From Candidatus Campbellbacteria bacterium (GTDB lineage: Bacteria; Patescibacteriota; Minisyncoccia; Phycocordibacterales; UBA1006), in NCBI GenBank assembly GCA_002698305.1, contig NZWR01000005.1, positions 2,047 to 66,046 on the forward strand: DNA of 64,000 nucleotides, read 5' to 3'. Of this stretch, positions 15,807-24,328 are shown in pieces (within the stretch, counting starts at the first letter, position 1; every line of letters begins with the position of its first letter). Position numbers and translations under genes: made by a program. Under the pieces are notes generated by a model, which had not been told where the DNA came from, searched no databases, and saw only the letters and a program-made list of their open reading frames with translations.

Positions 15807-17078
15807 ATGAAAACTATTTTCTGGACTACGGTACAAAAAACAGTTAACGAACTTGTACCACAAACTATCAACCCAAGAACCATCTCTAAATTTCAACTAG
15901 AGAAACTGAAAGCATCACTTGAGAAATTTAATCTCGTAGAGATACCCGCCATAGATTATGACGGAACTATCTTAGCAGGACATCAGCGTATCAAGGCACT
16001 TAAGCTGCTCGGACGAGGAGATGAACTTATTGATGTTCGCATTCCTAACAGAAAACTTACCAAGGAAGAATCAGACGAATATCTTATTGGAAGTAACAAA
16101 CTTGGCGGAGACTGGGATTTCGAGCTACTTAAGGATTTTGATTTCGATATGCTTGTTGATTCGGGCTTTGAGGAGATGAAACTCACAGAGTTTTGGGATA
16201 CAAAAAAAGAAGTCGAAGATGATGACTTTGACGAGCAAAAAGAACTTAAGAAAATTAAAACCCCAACAGCACAGCCTGGAGATATTATTCACCTTGGGAA
16301 ACACAAAGTATTATGCGGAGATTCAACCAATCCAGAGAATTTGAAACGATTACTCGGAGATGAAAAAGCCAGCATGATTTACTCTGATCCTGTCTACAAC
16401 ATTAACGTTGATTACGATGGAGGTATTGGTGGAAAGCAAAACTATGGTGGTGACGTATATGACACAAGAAGTGAACAAGAATACTATGATTTTCTCACTA
16501 AAGCTTTAGAAGCTTCTTTGTCTGTATCTGAAGAGAATACTCACATCTTCTATTGGTGTGATCAAGTCTACATTGGCTATCTGCAAGATATCTACCGAAA
16601 GCATGGAATAGTCAATAAACGAGTGACACTATGGTTGAAGAATAATCAGAATCCTGTTCCTTCTGTGGCTTTTAACAAGGTCTACGAACCATGTGTGTAT
16701 GGGGTCAGAGGTAAACCATATCTCAATTCAGTACTCACCGCGAACAATGAAGTTATGAATCAGGAGCTTGGTACTGGTAACGAACTCTTTGAACAGGTAA
16801 ATGACATTTGGACTGCAAAAAGATTAAGTGGGAAAGACTACGAACATGCAACGAGTAAACCAATTACATTGCATACCAAAGCTATCAAGCGATGTACTAA
16901 ACCAAATGATATTATTATTGATTCATTTCTTGGTTCTGGAAGTACCTTATTGTGTGCTGAGCAACTGGATAGGCGGGTCTATGGTTGTGAACTTGAACCT
17001 ACTTTTTGTGATTTGATTATCAAACGCTATGAGAAGATGACGGGGAAGAAGGCGATAGTGGAACATGAAGAAGTCTAA
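15807..17078 (+). CDS. ParB-like nuclease domain / DNA methyltransferase fusion (paralog)
   Basis: Colinear with 3763..5043 (motif IV at the same codon 194 in both); ParBc EIPAIDYDGTILAGHQRIKALKLLG; motif IV is SDPVYNIN; AdoMet motif IDSFLGSGST. Confidence 0.85.
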   Translation: MKTIFWTTVQKTVNELVPQTINPRTISKFQLEKLKASLEKFNLVEIPAIDYDGTILAGHQRIKALKLLGRGDELIDVRIPNRKLTKEESDEYLIGSNKLGGDWDFELLKDFDFDMLVDSGFEEMKLTEFWDTKKEVEDDDFDEQKELKKIKTPTAQPGDIIHLGKHKVLCGDSTNPENLKRLLGDEKASMIYSDPVYNINVDYDGGIGGKQNYGGDVYDTRSEQEYYDFLTKALEASLSVSEENTHIFYWCDQVYIGYLQDIYRKHGIVNKRVTLWLKNNQNPVPSVAFNKVYEPCVYGVRGKPYLNSVLTANNEVMNQELGTGNELFEQVNDIWTAKRLSGKDYEHATSKPITLHTKAIKRCTKPNDIIIDSFLGSGSTLLCAEQLDRRVYGCELEPTFCDLIIKRYEKMTGKKAIVEHEEV

Positions 17079-17493
17079 GAAATTACTTGAACAAATAGTA
17101 GAAGAACTTAGAAAGACTCCTGTTGTCTCTGTAGTATGTCAAAAATTCGGTATTGCTCGTCATACTTTTTATAGATGGAGACAAATAGACCCCGATTTTG
17201 ATCGAGAGGTTAGTGAAGCTCTTGATATCGGAAGTTTGGTTGTAAACGATATTTGTATGAGTCAGCTTATTGCATCAATTCAAAATGGGAATATGGGCTC
17301 AGTAAAATACTGGATGAGCAATAAGCACTCTGATTTTATTCGTCCGCGTAAAAAGCACCCTGAAGACACAAGCAGCAAGCTCCCGTTTAGTGGTATCAGC
17401 ATCCAAGTCGTGACAGAAAAACAAGTGTCAGATGATCCAGATGAGGTGATGTTTCCAAAAGAAAACACTATCAACGATAGTGACAACACCTAG
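17065..17493 (+). CDS. terminase small subunit-like HTH protein (paralog)
   Basis: HTH VCQKFGIARHTFYRWRQID; same 14-nt overlap with methyltransferase stop as in element 1; no TerL follows. Confidence 0.55.
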   Translation: MKKSKKLLEQIVEELRKTPVVSVVCQKFGIARHTFYRWRQIDPDFDREVSEALDIGSLVVNDICMSQLIASIQNGNMGSVKYWMSNKHSDFIRPRKKHPEDTSSKLPFSGISIQVVTEKQVSDDPDEVMFPKENTINDSDNT

Positions 17494-17735
17494 CTATTAA
17501 ATTCTGCGAGTTTCTTCTTACCCATCGGAGAATCTACAGGAATCATGTTTTTGTTCTTACATACACGGCATGCCTTATGCGTCGTTGTATGCCGCCATAT
17601 AGAATAGATAAGCCCGGGAATGATAAAGAGTAACCAAAGAATGAGTTCGAATCCTATATTTCCTTTAGTAATACTTTTTGGGTACCCAACGTTACCACAT
17701 TGAGTACATACTTGTTTTGTTCGTTTTTTAAACAT
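17490..17735 (-). CDS. split zinc-ribbon membrane protein (LITAF-like layout)
   Basis: Start moved to ATG 17735 (MFKKRTKQV); CTQC ... hydrophobic LILWLLFIIPGLIYSIW ... CRVC. Confidence 0.5.
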   Translation of the reverse strand: MFKKRTKQVCTQCGNVGYPKSITKGNIGFELILWLLFIIPGLIYSIWRHTTTHKACRVCKNKNMIPVDSPMGKKKLAEFNS

Positions 17736-17835
17736 GTTTTTGATCGGTTTTAATTTTATAAAAGTGGCGAGTCTTACAAAAGGCTCCCCACCATCGCGAT
17801 TCTCCAAAGAGAACCCATAAATGTTTCCATTTATG

Positions 17836-17881
17836 ACCGATCAAGATGACTCTGGTGAGGAGTCTTTTATACTTGATCGGT
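17836..17881. other. nested hairpin in divergent intergenic region
   Basis: ACCGATCAAG at GACTC tggtgag GAGTC ttttata CTTGATCGGT. Confidence 0.5.
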
Positions 17882-18036
17882 ATTTGGTAACCATACCTTA
17901 AATTAAGGGTTAGGTTTATTTTTTAATAGTACCGAATCGTACTGATTCAGTCTAGATAGTATATCGCTAATCATTATGTTTGCTAAGTTTAAAATTATAA
18001 ATTTATCAGATTCATTTATCTTGTTACAATCTAGTT

Positions 18037-18513
18037 ATGAAAAAAGCTAAAAGAGTAATTCTAATCATCATAATCCCACTAGTTTCAGTTATATTGATTG
18101 AATACTTATATTCTCAAAGATGGAGGCTACAAGGGTCTGAAGAAATAGATAATTATGGAGAAATAATAATTGGTAAATGGGGTACAGAATTACTCAGCAA
18201 TTCAAATAATATCTACTTATACAAATTTCAAATTGAAGAGGATGGGTCATATCGCGATATTTCCAAGCAATTTCCCACTCTTAGTTTAAGAAATGGTGGT
18301 AAAATATCAGGATATAAATCATGGTCATTAGATAACTCAAATCTTACGATAACCACTGACTTTTCTGCCGTAGGTCTTACGTCAAAAGAAACTATTTCAG
18401 TGCAAAAAGAGATTGTTTTTGCTAATAATAATTTTCTTGTTTTTAAAGAAAAAAGTAATTCTATTTTTTCTAGAATAATTCCTAGAAAACAAATATATAT
18501 TAGAGTTAATTAA
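18037..18513 (+). CDS. hypothetical N-terminally anchored protein
   Basis: 158 aa, N-terminal TM/signal helix; tandem with similar 141-aa ORF; very AT-rich. Confidence 0.5.
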   Translation: MKKAKRVILIIIIPLVSVILIEYLYSQRWRLQGSEEIDNYGEIIIGKWGTELLSNSNNIYLYKFQIEEDGSYRDISKQFPTLSLRNGGKISGYKSWSLDNSNLTITTDFSAVGLTSKETISVQKEIVFANNNFLVFKEKSNSIFSRIIPRKQIYIRVN

Positions 18514-18544
18514 GATAAAATTAGTATATGTTATACTTTCAATT

Positions 18545-18970
18545 ATGAAAATCATCAAAAAAATCATAATTTTTACTGTTTTATTGTTTTTGATAGTAAG
18601 CATCTATTCATTTAGATGGATGTTCGAACCTTCTTCTAAAGTAGAAAATTATGATGAAATATTAGTTTCTCAAAAAGGTTGGAAAAAAATTCATCCGATT
18701 TTAGGAAAAAGAAGAATTAATTGTGAGAATTTTTCTTTTGATGAAAAAAATAACCTTGAATTGTCAACTTGTTTTCCTTTACGTGGGGAGGCCAAAGGAG
18801 ATGGTATTTCTTGGTCTATTCAAGAAGATATTATCTCATTAAGTTATAAAAAACAAAATTTATTTAAAGAACCTATTTATTTCAATAGAAGTGAAAAAGT
18901 AGAAAAAATTAATTCAAACACTTTAGTATTACGAGATGGAATTCGTTTTTCTGTTTACAAAAGTTATTAA
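18545..18970 (+). CDS. hypothetical N-terminally anchored protein (tandem paralog-like)
   Basis: 141 aa, same layout as 18037..18513 (TM helix; SWS.. and L.IT / L.LS strands); terminator follows. Confidence 0.5.
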   Translation: MKIIKKIIIFTVLLFLIVSIYSFRWMFEPSSKVENYDEILVSQKGWKKIHPILGKRRINCENFSFDEKNNLELSTCFPLRGEAKGDGISWSIQEDIISLSYKKQNLFKEPIYFNRSEKVEKINSNTLVLRDGIRFSVYKSY

Positions 18971-18991
18971 AACAAGCAAAACTTGTTTTTT
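18971..18991 (+). terminator. rho-independent terminator
   Basis: AACAAG caaaa CTTGTT plus T-run. Confidence 0.6.
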
Positions 18992-19133
18992 ATTTTTGAT
19001 TTAGTAGGGTACGAAGAAATAACTTTCAAAATCAAATATATGAAATAGTAAAATATGACAAAAGTTTCAAATGGTACAAGGTACTTGGAAACGCAGAACC
19101 TTAAATTAAATTTCAAAAACTAAATACTTTAAA

Positions 19134-21911
19134 ATGAGAAAATTATTTCTTTTTATTGGGCTTTGCCTAATTTCAAATTTACTTTTTGCACAGACAGTGC
19201 ATCAAAATGACAACAATCAGATTTTAAGAATCCCTCTGGTTTTCCACATATATCACGATGGAAGTGAAGGTAATTTTACTGAATCGGAAATCAGAGGAAA
19301 TATCCCACATTTAAATGAAAATTTTAATAATGTTGACCTTTCTGAAATTGAATTACCGTATAGAAATGATGTAGCTAGTAATAATATAGAATTTTATATT
19401 CCAAATGGGATGATTTATTGGTATAACTCATCAGCTCAATATGCTCCAGGTTCAAATCAACCTTTTGATGATGCTGCTAATTATGCAGATTCGAACAACT
19501 ACTTGAATGTAGTTGTCGCAAATATTAGTGGATCTAATTGGTATGATTTTTTTACCGGTGTTAATGGTGCTGAAGGCTATTCAACAAGTATGGGAGTAGT
19601 TGTAGGCTACCAACATTTTTATTACAACGGTGATCACCCTTGGGCGGTTAATAGTAGCAATCCTACAGTACCAAGTTTTAGCACTGCACCCTTTTTATTA
19701 GCTCACGAAATAGGGCATCATTTAAGCCTCGAACATTTATGGGGTGATTTGATTGGTTGCAGTGGAGACGATGGGGTCTCTGATACGCCAAAACAAGCTG
19801 AGCCTAATGATCTAGATGATTATAATCAAACTAGTCAAAGCTGGAATAACATCGTAGATATATGTGGTCAATCTGGAGTAGATGGAAACTATGAAAATTT
19901 TATGGATTATAGCTATGCTCTTCCTTCTGGAAAAGGAATGTTTACAAATGGGCAGAAGACCAAAATGAGACATTACCTATTAGATAATGAAACTGACTTA
20001 ATTGAACAGATACAGGAAAATGATAACTGTTCTGATGCAATTAATTTAAATACAAGCTCATCAATCAATTCACCTTATTTAAAAGGTAGCGTTTATAATG
20101 CAACCTCTGAAAATTTCCCAGGAGATCCAATTTCTTGTGATAATGGTCAAGGAAGCAGTTTTTCTGGAAAAGGGGTTTGGTACAGTTTTGTAGCAGATGA
20201 AAATGTTAACTTGGTGACAGTAAAACGTGATCCAGCAAGTCAAATATTGCCAGTAATGGCTATTTATTCGGGATCAAATTGTAATAATCTTACAACTTTA
20301 ATTGATTGCGATGTAATGAATACTGGGGCTACTTTTGTAGATGCTGGTGCTAATAATTTTTTAATTGGTGAACGCTATTACGTTAGGGTTTATCATAATG
20401 ATGGATCTCCATTATCAGTAACAGATTCTCAATTTGAAATCAGAGTTATTTCTGGTGGTAACACGACTGCCAATATTATTTTTAATGATTCTGTTATTAA
20501 AGACGGCACAGGTGGTGGAGATGGCGACAGTGACGGAATAGCAGAAAATGGAGAAGAAATTGATCTTGATATTGAGTTAAAAAATACTGGACAACAAACA
20601 CTAACCAATATTTCTGCTGTACTAACTACCACAACATCTGGAATAGTTATTGATGACGATAGTGAGAGTTTTGCAAGTATATCTCCTAATCAGGAGGTGT
20701 GGAGCAATGGTGATTATGACTTTGATATTCCTTCTAGTTTTTCTGGAAGTGATATAGATTTTGAACTCGACGTTGCAACTGACCAAGGAAATTTTACGGT
20801 TACGTTTTCTTTACCAGTTCAAACAACATTTGAACCTAATCTCATTATTGATGAGGTCATCGTACATGATGGAAGATTTGAAGAAGATGGGCGAGGTGAT
20901 GGAGATAATATCCCAGAATCAGGAGAAGAGATTGATTTAAATATCAATATTAAGAACGTGGGAAACATAACTGCAGATAATGTAGAAGCATACCTTTCAA
21001 CAAATGATTCTGATATTACTATCACTGCCAATAATGTTGGCTATGCTGATATTGATGCCAATGAAATTAAAATTAGATCATCTGATTTTGATTTCGATAT
21101 TGATAACAATATGAGTAGTCATACAGTTACCTTTACGTTAAGCATGGTCGCAGATAACGGCTCTTGGTCTGAAGACTTTGATTTGTATATAGAGCGATCT
21201 AGTACCTTGGATGGTGGCGTTGATTTAAAAGTCGAAGACTACCGTGTTAAAGATGGTACTGGCGGAGGTTCTGGAAATGATGATGAACAAATAAATCCAG
21301 GAGAGTCTATTGATTTAGACGTAAAGTTGAGAAATTTTGGTTATAACGACGCAAGATATGTTAAAGGATATCTTTCTACCATTGTTTCTCCGGGTATAAG
21401 TATCACTGATGATTATGAATATTTTAGTCATATTGATTCAGGGGATGCAGAATGGGAAGACGACTTTGACTTTGATGTTCCTTCTAATTATTCAGAAAAT
21501 TTTGTAATTTTCCAACTCGATATTGAATCAGACGAAGGAGACTGGATAGATTATTTTGCAATTCCAGTTGTGTATGGATCTAACAGATCTTCTACTCAAT
21601 CAGAAGCGAAGATTAATCAAGAGGAAATAGTGAGTATCGGGAGTACAGAACTAGGTAGTAAACCTATAGTCTACCCAAACCCTTTACTTGATCGTTCTAA
21701 CCTACATCTTTTAATTAACTCAACATCTATGATTGAGATCAATCTTGTTGATATACAAGGAAGAGTGGTAAGAAAAGTTTTTTCTGGAACAAAAGAATCT
21801 GGGAAATATACCTTTCCAATTCTTGATGGTCAGACTCTTGCCGCTGGAACATATCTTTTACAAATTTCACAAAACGGAAATACGAGTACCATTAAATTGG
21901 TAAAAAATTAA
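19134..21911 (+). CDS. secreted M43/pappalysin-like zinc metalloprotease with three CARDB-like repeats and T9SS C-terminal sorting domain
   Basis: Signal peptide MRKLFLFIGLCLISNLLFAQ; HEIGHHLSLEH (19704..19736) and NFMDYS...FTNGQKTKMRHYL; three repeats around DG.GGGDGD.DGI.E.GEEIDL.I..KN.G; last 81 aa (21666..21908) IVYPNP...GTYLLQISQNGNTSTIKLVKN match the Por/T9SS CTD pattern. Confidence 0.85.
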   Translation: MRKLFLFIGLCLISNLLFAQTVHQNDNNQILRIPLVFHIYHDGSEGNFTESEIRGNIPHLNENFNNVDLSEIELPYRNDVASNNIEFYIPNGMIYWYNSSAQYAPGSNQPFDDAANYADSNNYLNVVVANISGSNWYDFFTGVNGAEGYSTSMGVVVGYQHFYYNGDHPWAVNSSNPTVPSFSTAPFLLAHEIGHHLSLEHLWGDLIGCSGDDGVSDTPKQAEPNDLDDYNQTSQSWNNIVDICGQSGVDGNYENFMDYSYALPSGKGMFTNGQKTKMRHYLLDNETDLIEQIQENDNCSDAINLNTSSSINSPYLKGSVYNATSENFPGDPISCDNGQGSSFSGKGVWYSFVADENVNLVTVKRDPASQILPVMAIYSGSNCNNLTTLIDCDVMNTGATFVDAGANNFLIGERYYVRVYHNDGSPLSVTDSQFEIRVISGGNTTANIIFNDSVIKDGTGGGDGDSDGIAENGEEIDLDIELKNTGQQTLTNISAVLTTTTSGIVIDDDSESFASISPNQEVWSNGDYDFDIPSSFSGSDIDFELDVATDQGNFTVTFSLPVQTTFEPNLIIDEVIVHDGRFEEDGRGDGDNIPESGEEIDLNINIKNVGNITADNVEAYLSTNDSDITITANNVGYADIDANEIKIRSSDFDFDIDNNMSSHTVTFTLSMVADNGSWSEDFDLYIERSSTLDGGVDLKVEDYRVKDGTGGGSGNDDEQINPGESIDLDVKLRNFGYNDARYVKGYLSTIVSPGISITDDYEYFSHIDSGDAEWEDDFDFDVPSNYSENFVIFQLDIESDEGDWIDYFAIPVVYGSNRSSTQSEAKINQEEIVSIGSTELGSKPIVYPNPLLDRSNLHLLINSTSMIEINLVDIQGRVVRKVFSGTKESGKYTFPILDGQTLAAGTYLLQISQNGNTSTIKLVKN

Positions 21912-21934
21912 ATATTAACTTAATACATAAACAT

Positions 21935-21959
21935 AACCACCTCAAATGAGGTGGTTTTT
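21935..21959 (+). terminator. rho-independent terminator after protease gene
   Basis: AACCACCTC aaat GAGGTGGTT plus T-run. Confidence 0.8.
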
Positions 21960-21995
21960 ACTTAGCAATAAATCATATTGCGACATAATATATAC
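21959..21995 (+). promoter_or_regulatory. conserved recombinase promoter block with CATAAT -10, leaderless spacing
   Basis: 37/43 match to 6971..7013; CATAAT 21984..21989, 6 nt to ATG 21996. Confidence 0.6.
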
Positions 21996-23267
21996 ATGGA
22001 AGAAATACCATTAAAATATTGTCTATACGCCAGAAAATCAACCGAAGGAGATGAAAAGCAAGCACTCTCGATTGATTCACAAATCAAAGAAATGCTCCAA
22101 ATAGCAGAGCGAGAACATTTGAACATCACAGAAATAAGAAAGGAGTCTCATTCAGCCAAAGCATCTGGAACTCGTCCTGTATTTAATGAGATATTGGAAG
22201 ATATAGATAAGGGACTTTTCAATGCTATTATCACTTGGGCACCCGATAGACTCTCTCGTAACGCAGGAGACCTTGGTCAGTTGGTAGACCGAATAGATCA
22301 AAAGAAGCTTTTAGGAATTAAAACTTTCGGACAAACCTTTACGGATTCACCAAGTGATAAATTCCTTCTGATGATTCTCTGTTCTCAGGCAAAGCTCGAA
22401 AATGATAACAAGAGCATTAATGTTAAAAGAGGGTTACGAACACGATGTGAAATGGGATTACGGCCAGCGGTACCGCCAACAGGATACATCAGTAAGGATA
22501 GTAAGACGGCTAAATGTGAAGTAGAACCAGATCCAAAGCGAGCACCTGTCATCAAACAAATATTTGAGAACATAGCGTATAAAGGATGGTCAGTAAGAAA
22601 AACTCACTCATGGCTCAAATACAGTATTGATTTTAAGACCAAGAACGATAAACACTTAAGCATAGGTAACATGTTCACTCTCGTAAGAAATACCTTCTAT
22701 TATGGACGTTTTGAGTATCCAAGAGGCTCTGGGAACTGGTATGACGGTATACATACACCAATTATCACTAAAGAACTCTTTGACCTAGTAAGTGACTCAA
22801 TTAAGAAGCACACCATGAAGACGTATGGAAAAGAATTTGCTTTTACCAAATTTATTAAATGTGCATATTGTGACTCTGGAGTTGTTGCAGATGAGAAGTT
22901 CAAAAAATTAAAATCAGGGGGCGTAAACCGACATGTATACTATCGATGCTGTAGATCTAAGGATACCAAATGTATGAATAAGGCGATTAATGAAAAAGAT
23001 CTTATTCATGAATTTTGTATGCTTGCTGATACTCTCGATATTACCAAGTTAAACTTAAATGAGAGGGTAACTAATGAGATTAAAAAATTCAAACAATTAC
23101 AGAGTATGTTTCTTGGAATTAAAAAGACATCAAACATAGATGATATTGATATCCGTAACTATATTAAATTTATACTAGAGCAGGGGAGTATGAGTGATAA
23201 AAGGTCTTTACTAAATTGTTTTACCAATGAAATTTTTTTAAGAAATAAAAAAATAATTATATTTTAA
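21996..23267 (+). CDS. large serine recombinase (paralog)
   Basis: YCLYARKSTEGDEKQALSIDSQ catalytic region, zinc ribbon CAYCDSG...YYRCC; colinear with 7008..8327. Confidence 0.9.
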   Translation: MEEIPLKYCLYARKSTEGDEKQALSIDSQIKEMLQIAEREHLNITEIRKESHSAKASGTRPVFNEILEDIDKGLFNAIITWAPDRLSRNAGDLGQLVDRIDQKKLLGIKTFGQTFTDSPSDKFLLMILCSQAKLENDNKSINVKRGLRTRCEMGLRPAVPPTGYISKDSKTAKCEVEPDPKRAPVIKQIFENIAYKGWSVRKTHSWLKYSIDFKTKNDKHLSIGNMFTLVRNTFYYGRFEYPRGSGNWYDGIHTPIITKELFDLVSDSIKKHTMKTYGKEFAFTKFIKCAYCDSGVVADEKFKKLKSGGVNRHVYYRCCRSKDTKCMNKAINEKDLIHEFCMLADTLDITKLNLNERVTNEIKKFKQLQSMFLGIKKTSNIDDIDIRNYIKFILEQGSMSDKRSLLNCFTNEIFLRNKKIIIF

Positions 23268-23343
23268 ATACAAACAATTTTTTACTTATTATTATTATTT
23301 CTATAATTCGTAAGCCTTCCATAGGAATTTATTAAAAGTTTTT

Positions 23344-23457
23344 TTGTTCCTTTATTATAACTATTATTTGTAATCATATGATAAGTTGATAATCTCTTTA
23401 TATTTATTGATTTATAATGAAGTACAAAATATTTGATTATAAAATATAAAGGAACAA
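23344..23457. repeat. 12-nt perfect inverted repeat pair in AT-rich spacer
   Basis: TTGTTCCTTTAT (23344..23355) and ATAAAGGAACAA (23446..23457), 90 nt apart. Confidence 0.5.
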
Positions 23458-23532
23458 TAACTAAAATATATCTTTATTATGATTAGTATATTAAATTTTT
23501 ATGATATTTATAATTTTATTTATAAATATTAC

Positions 23533-23562
23533 TTGCAAATAATCTATGTTCTATGATATAAT
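23533..23562 (+). promoter_or_regulatory. promoter of the four-gene cassette
   Basis: TTGCAA 23533..23538, 18 nt, TGaTATAAT with hexamer 23557..23562; 40-nt leader to ATG 23603. Confidence 0.55.
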
Positions 23563-23580
23563 CTTATTTAATTAGATTAT
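23558..23580. promoter_or_regulatory. candidate operator: inverted ATAATCT repeat overlapping the -10
   Basis: ATAATCT tatttaatt AGATTAT; further direct ATAATCT copies at 23389..23395 and 23539..23545. Confidence 0.45.
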
Positions 23581-23602
23581 TAACTATTCATTACAATGCT
23601 AC

Positions 23603-23992
23603 ATGAAAAAAGAAAACAACATTTTAGAACAACTACTAACTGACGATAACGATATTAATGAAAAGGAATTGCTAGACATTCTTTCTCCTTTTATAAAGAT
23701 CAACAACAGTAATCAAGATATAATTTTCTTAGATTCAACATTAGACTTTAATTTGAAAAGCAAATTACTTCTTTTTCTACTTGGGAAAAAGGTAAGTTTT
23801 CTACTTGGAAAGGCTGAGACTGATCATATAAAAGCAAAAGATATCATTGAAGAAACAGGTATACCTAAGGGAAGTGTACTTCCAAACCTGAAACTATTAA
23901 AAGATGAAAAATTAGTTACTTCAGATTCACAGGGTTACTTTATTACTAGTTATCAAATTTCTAAAATAAAAAATAGAAATATTTTAAATTAA
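23603..23992 (+). CDS. small wHTH-like protein (cassette gene 1)
   Basis: 129 aa; C-terminal IKAKDIIEETGIPKGSVLPNLKLLKDEKLVTSDSQGYFIT has the helix-turn-helix-wing pattern. Confidence 0.5.
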   Translation: MKKENNILEQLLTDDNDINEKELLDILSPFIKINNSNQDIIFLDSTLDFNLKSKLLLFLLGKKVSFLLGKAETDHIKAKDIIEETGIPKGSVLPNLKLLKDEKLVTSDSQGYFITSYQISKIKNRNILN

Positions 23993-23994
23993 TT

Positions 23995-24321
23995 ATGGAT
24001 AAAAAAGAAATTATTAATAAGATAAGAGATTTACTTAATGAACTCGAAGGTTTAGGCTTAGATACTAAAAAATCAAAAAAGCAGAAAATAGAAGATAAAA
24101 CCCCTACCGGATGTATCGGATCAATTGAGGTGTTAATAAATGAAGGTTTTTTTGAAAAGTTAAGAACTGTTTCTGAGGTGGTAGATAAACTAAAAGAAGA
24201 AGGTCAGCCTTACAGTAGATCTTTGGTTTCAATGAACCTCTTAAATCTAGTTAAACCACCCAAAAGAACACTTCGTAGAATTAAAGAGGAGAAACAATGG
24301 AATTATATAGTAAGATCCTAA
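23995..24321 (+). CDS. small wHTH-like protein (cassette gene 2)
   Basis: 108 aa; N-terminal helix EIINKIRDLLNELEGL; RTVSEVVDKLKEEGQPYSRSLVSMNLLNLVK...WNYI; 2-nt gap to gene 1. Confidence 0.45.
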   Translation: MDKKEIINKIRDLLNELEGLGLDTKKSKKQKIEDKTPTGCIGSIEVLINEGFFEKLRTVSEVVDKLKEEGQPYSRSLVSMNLLNLVKPPKRTLRRIKEEKQWNYIVRS

Positions 24322-24328
24322 TAAATAT

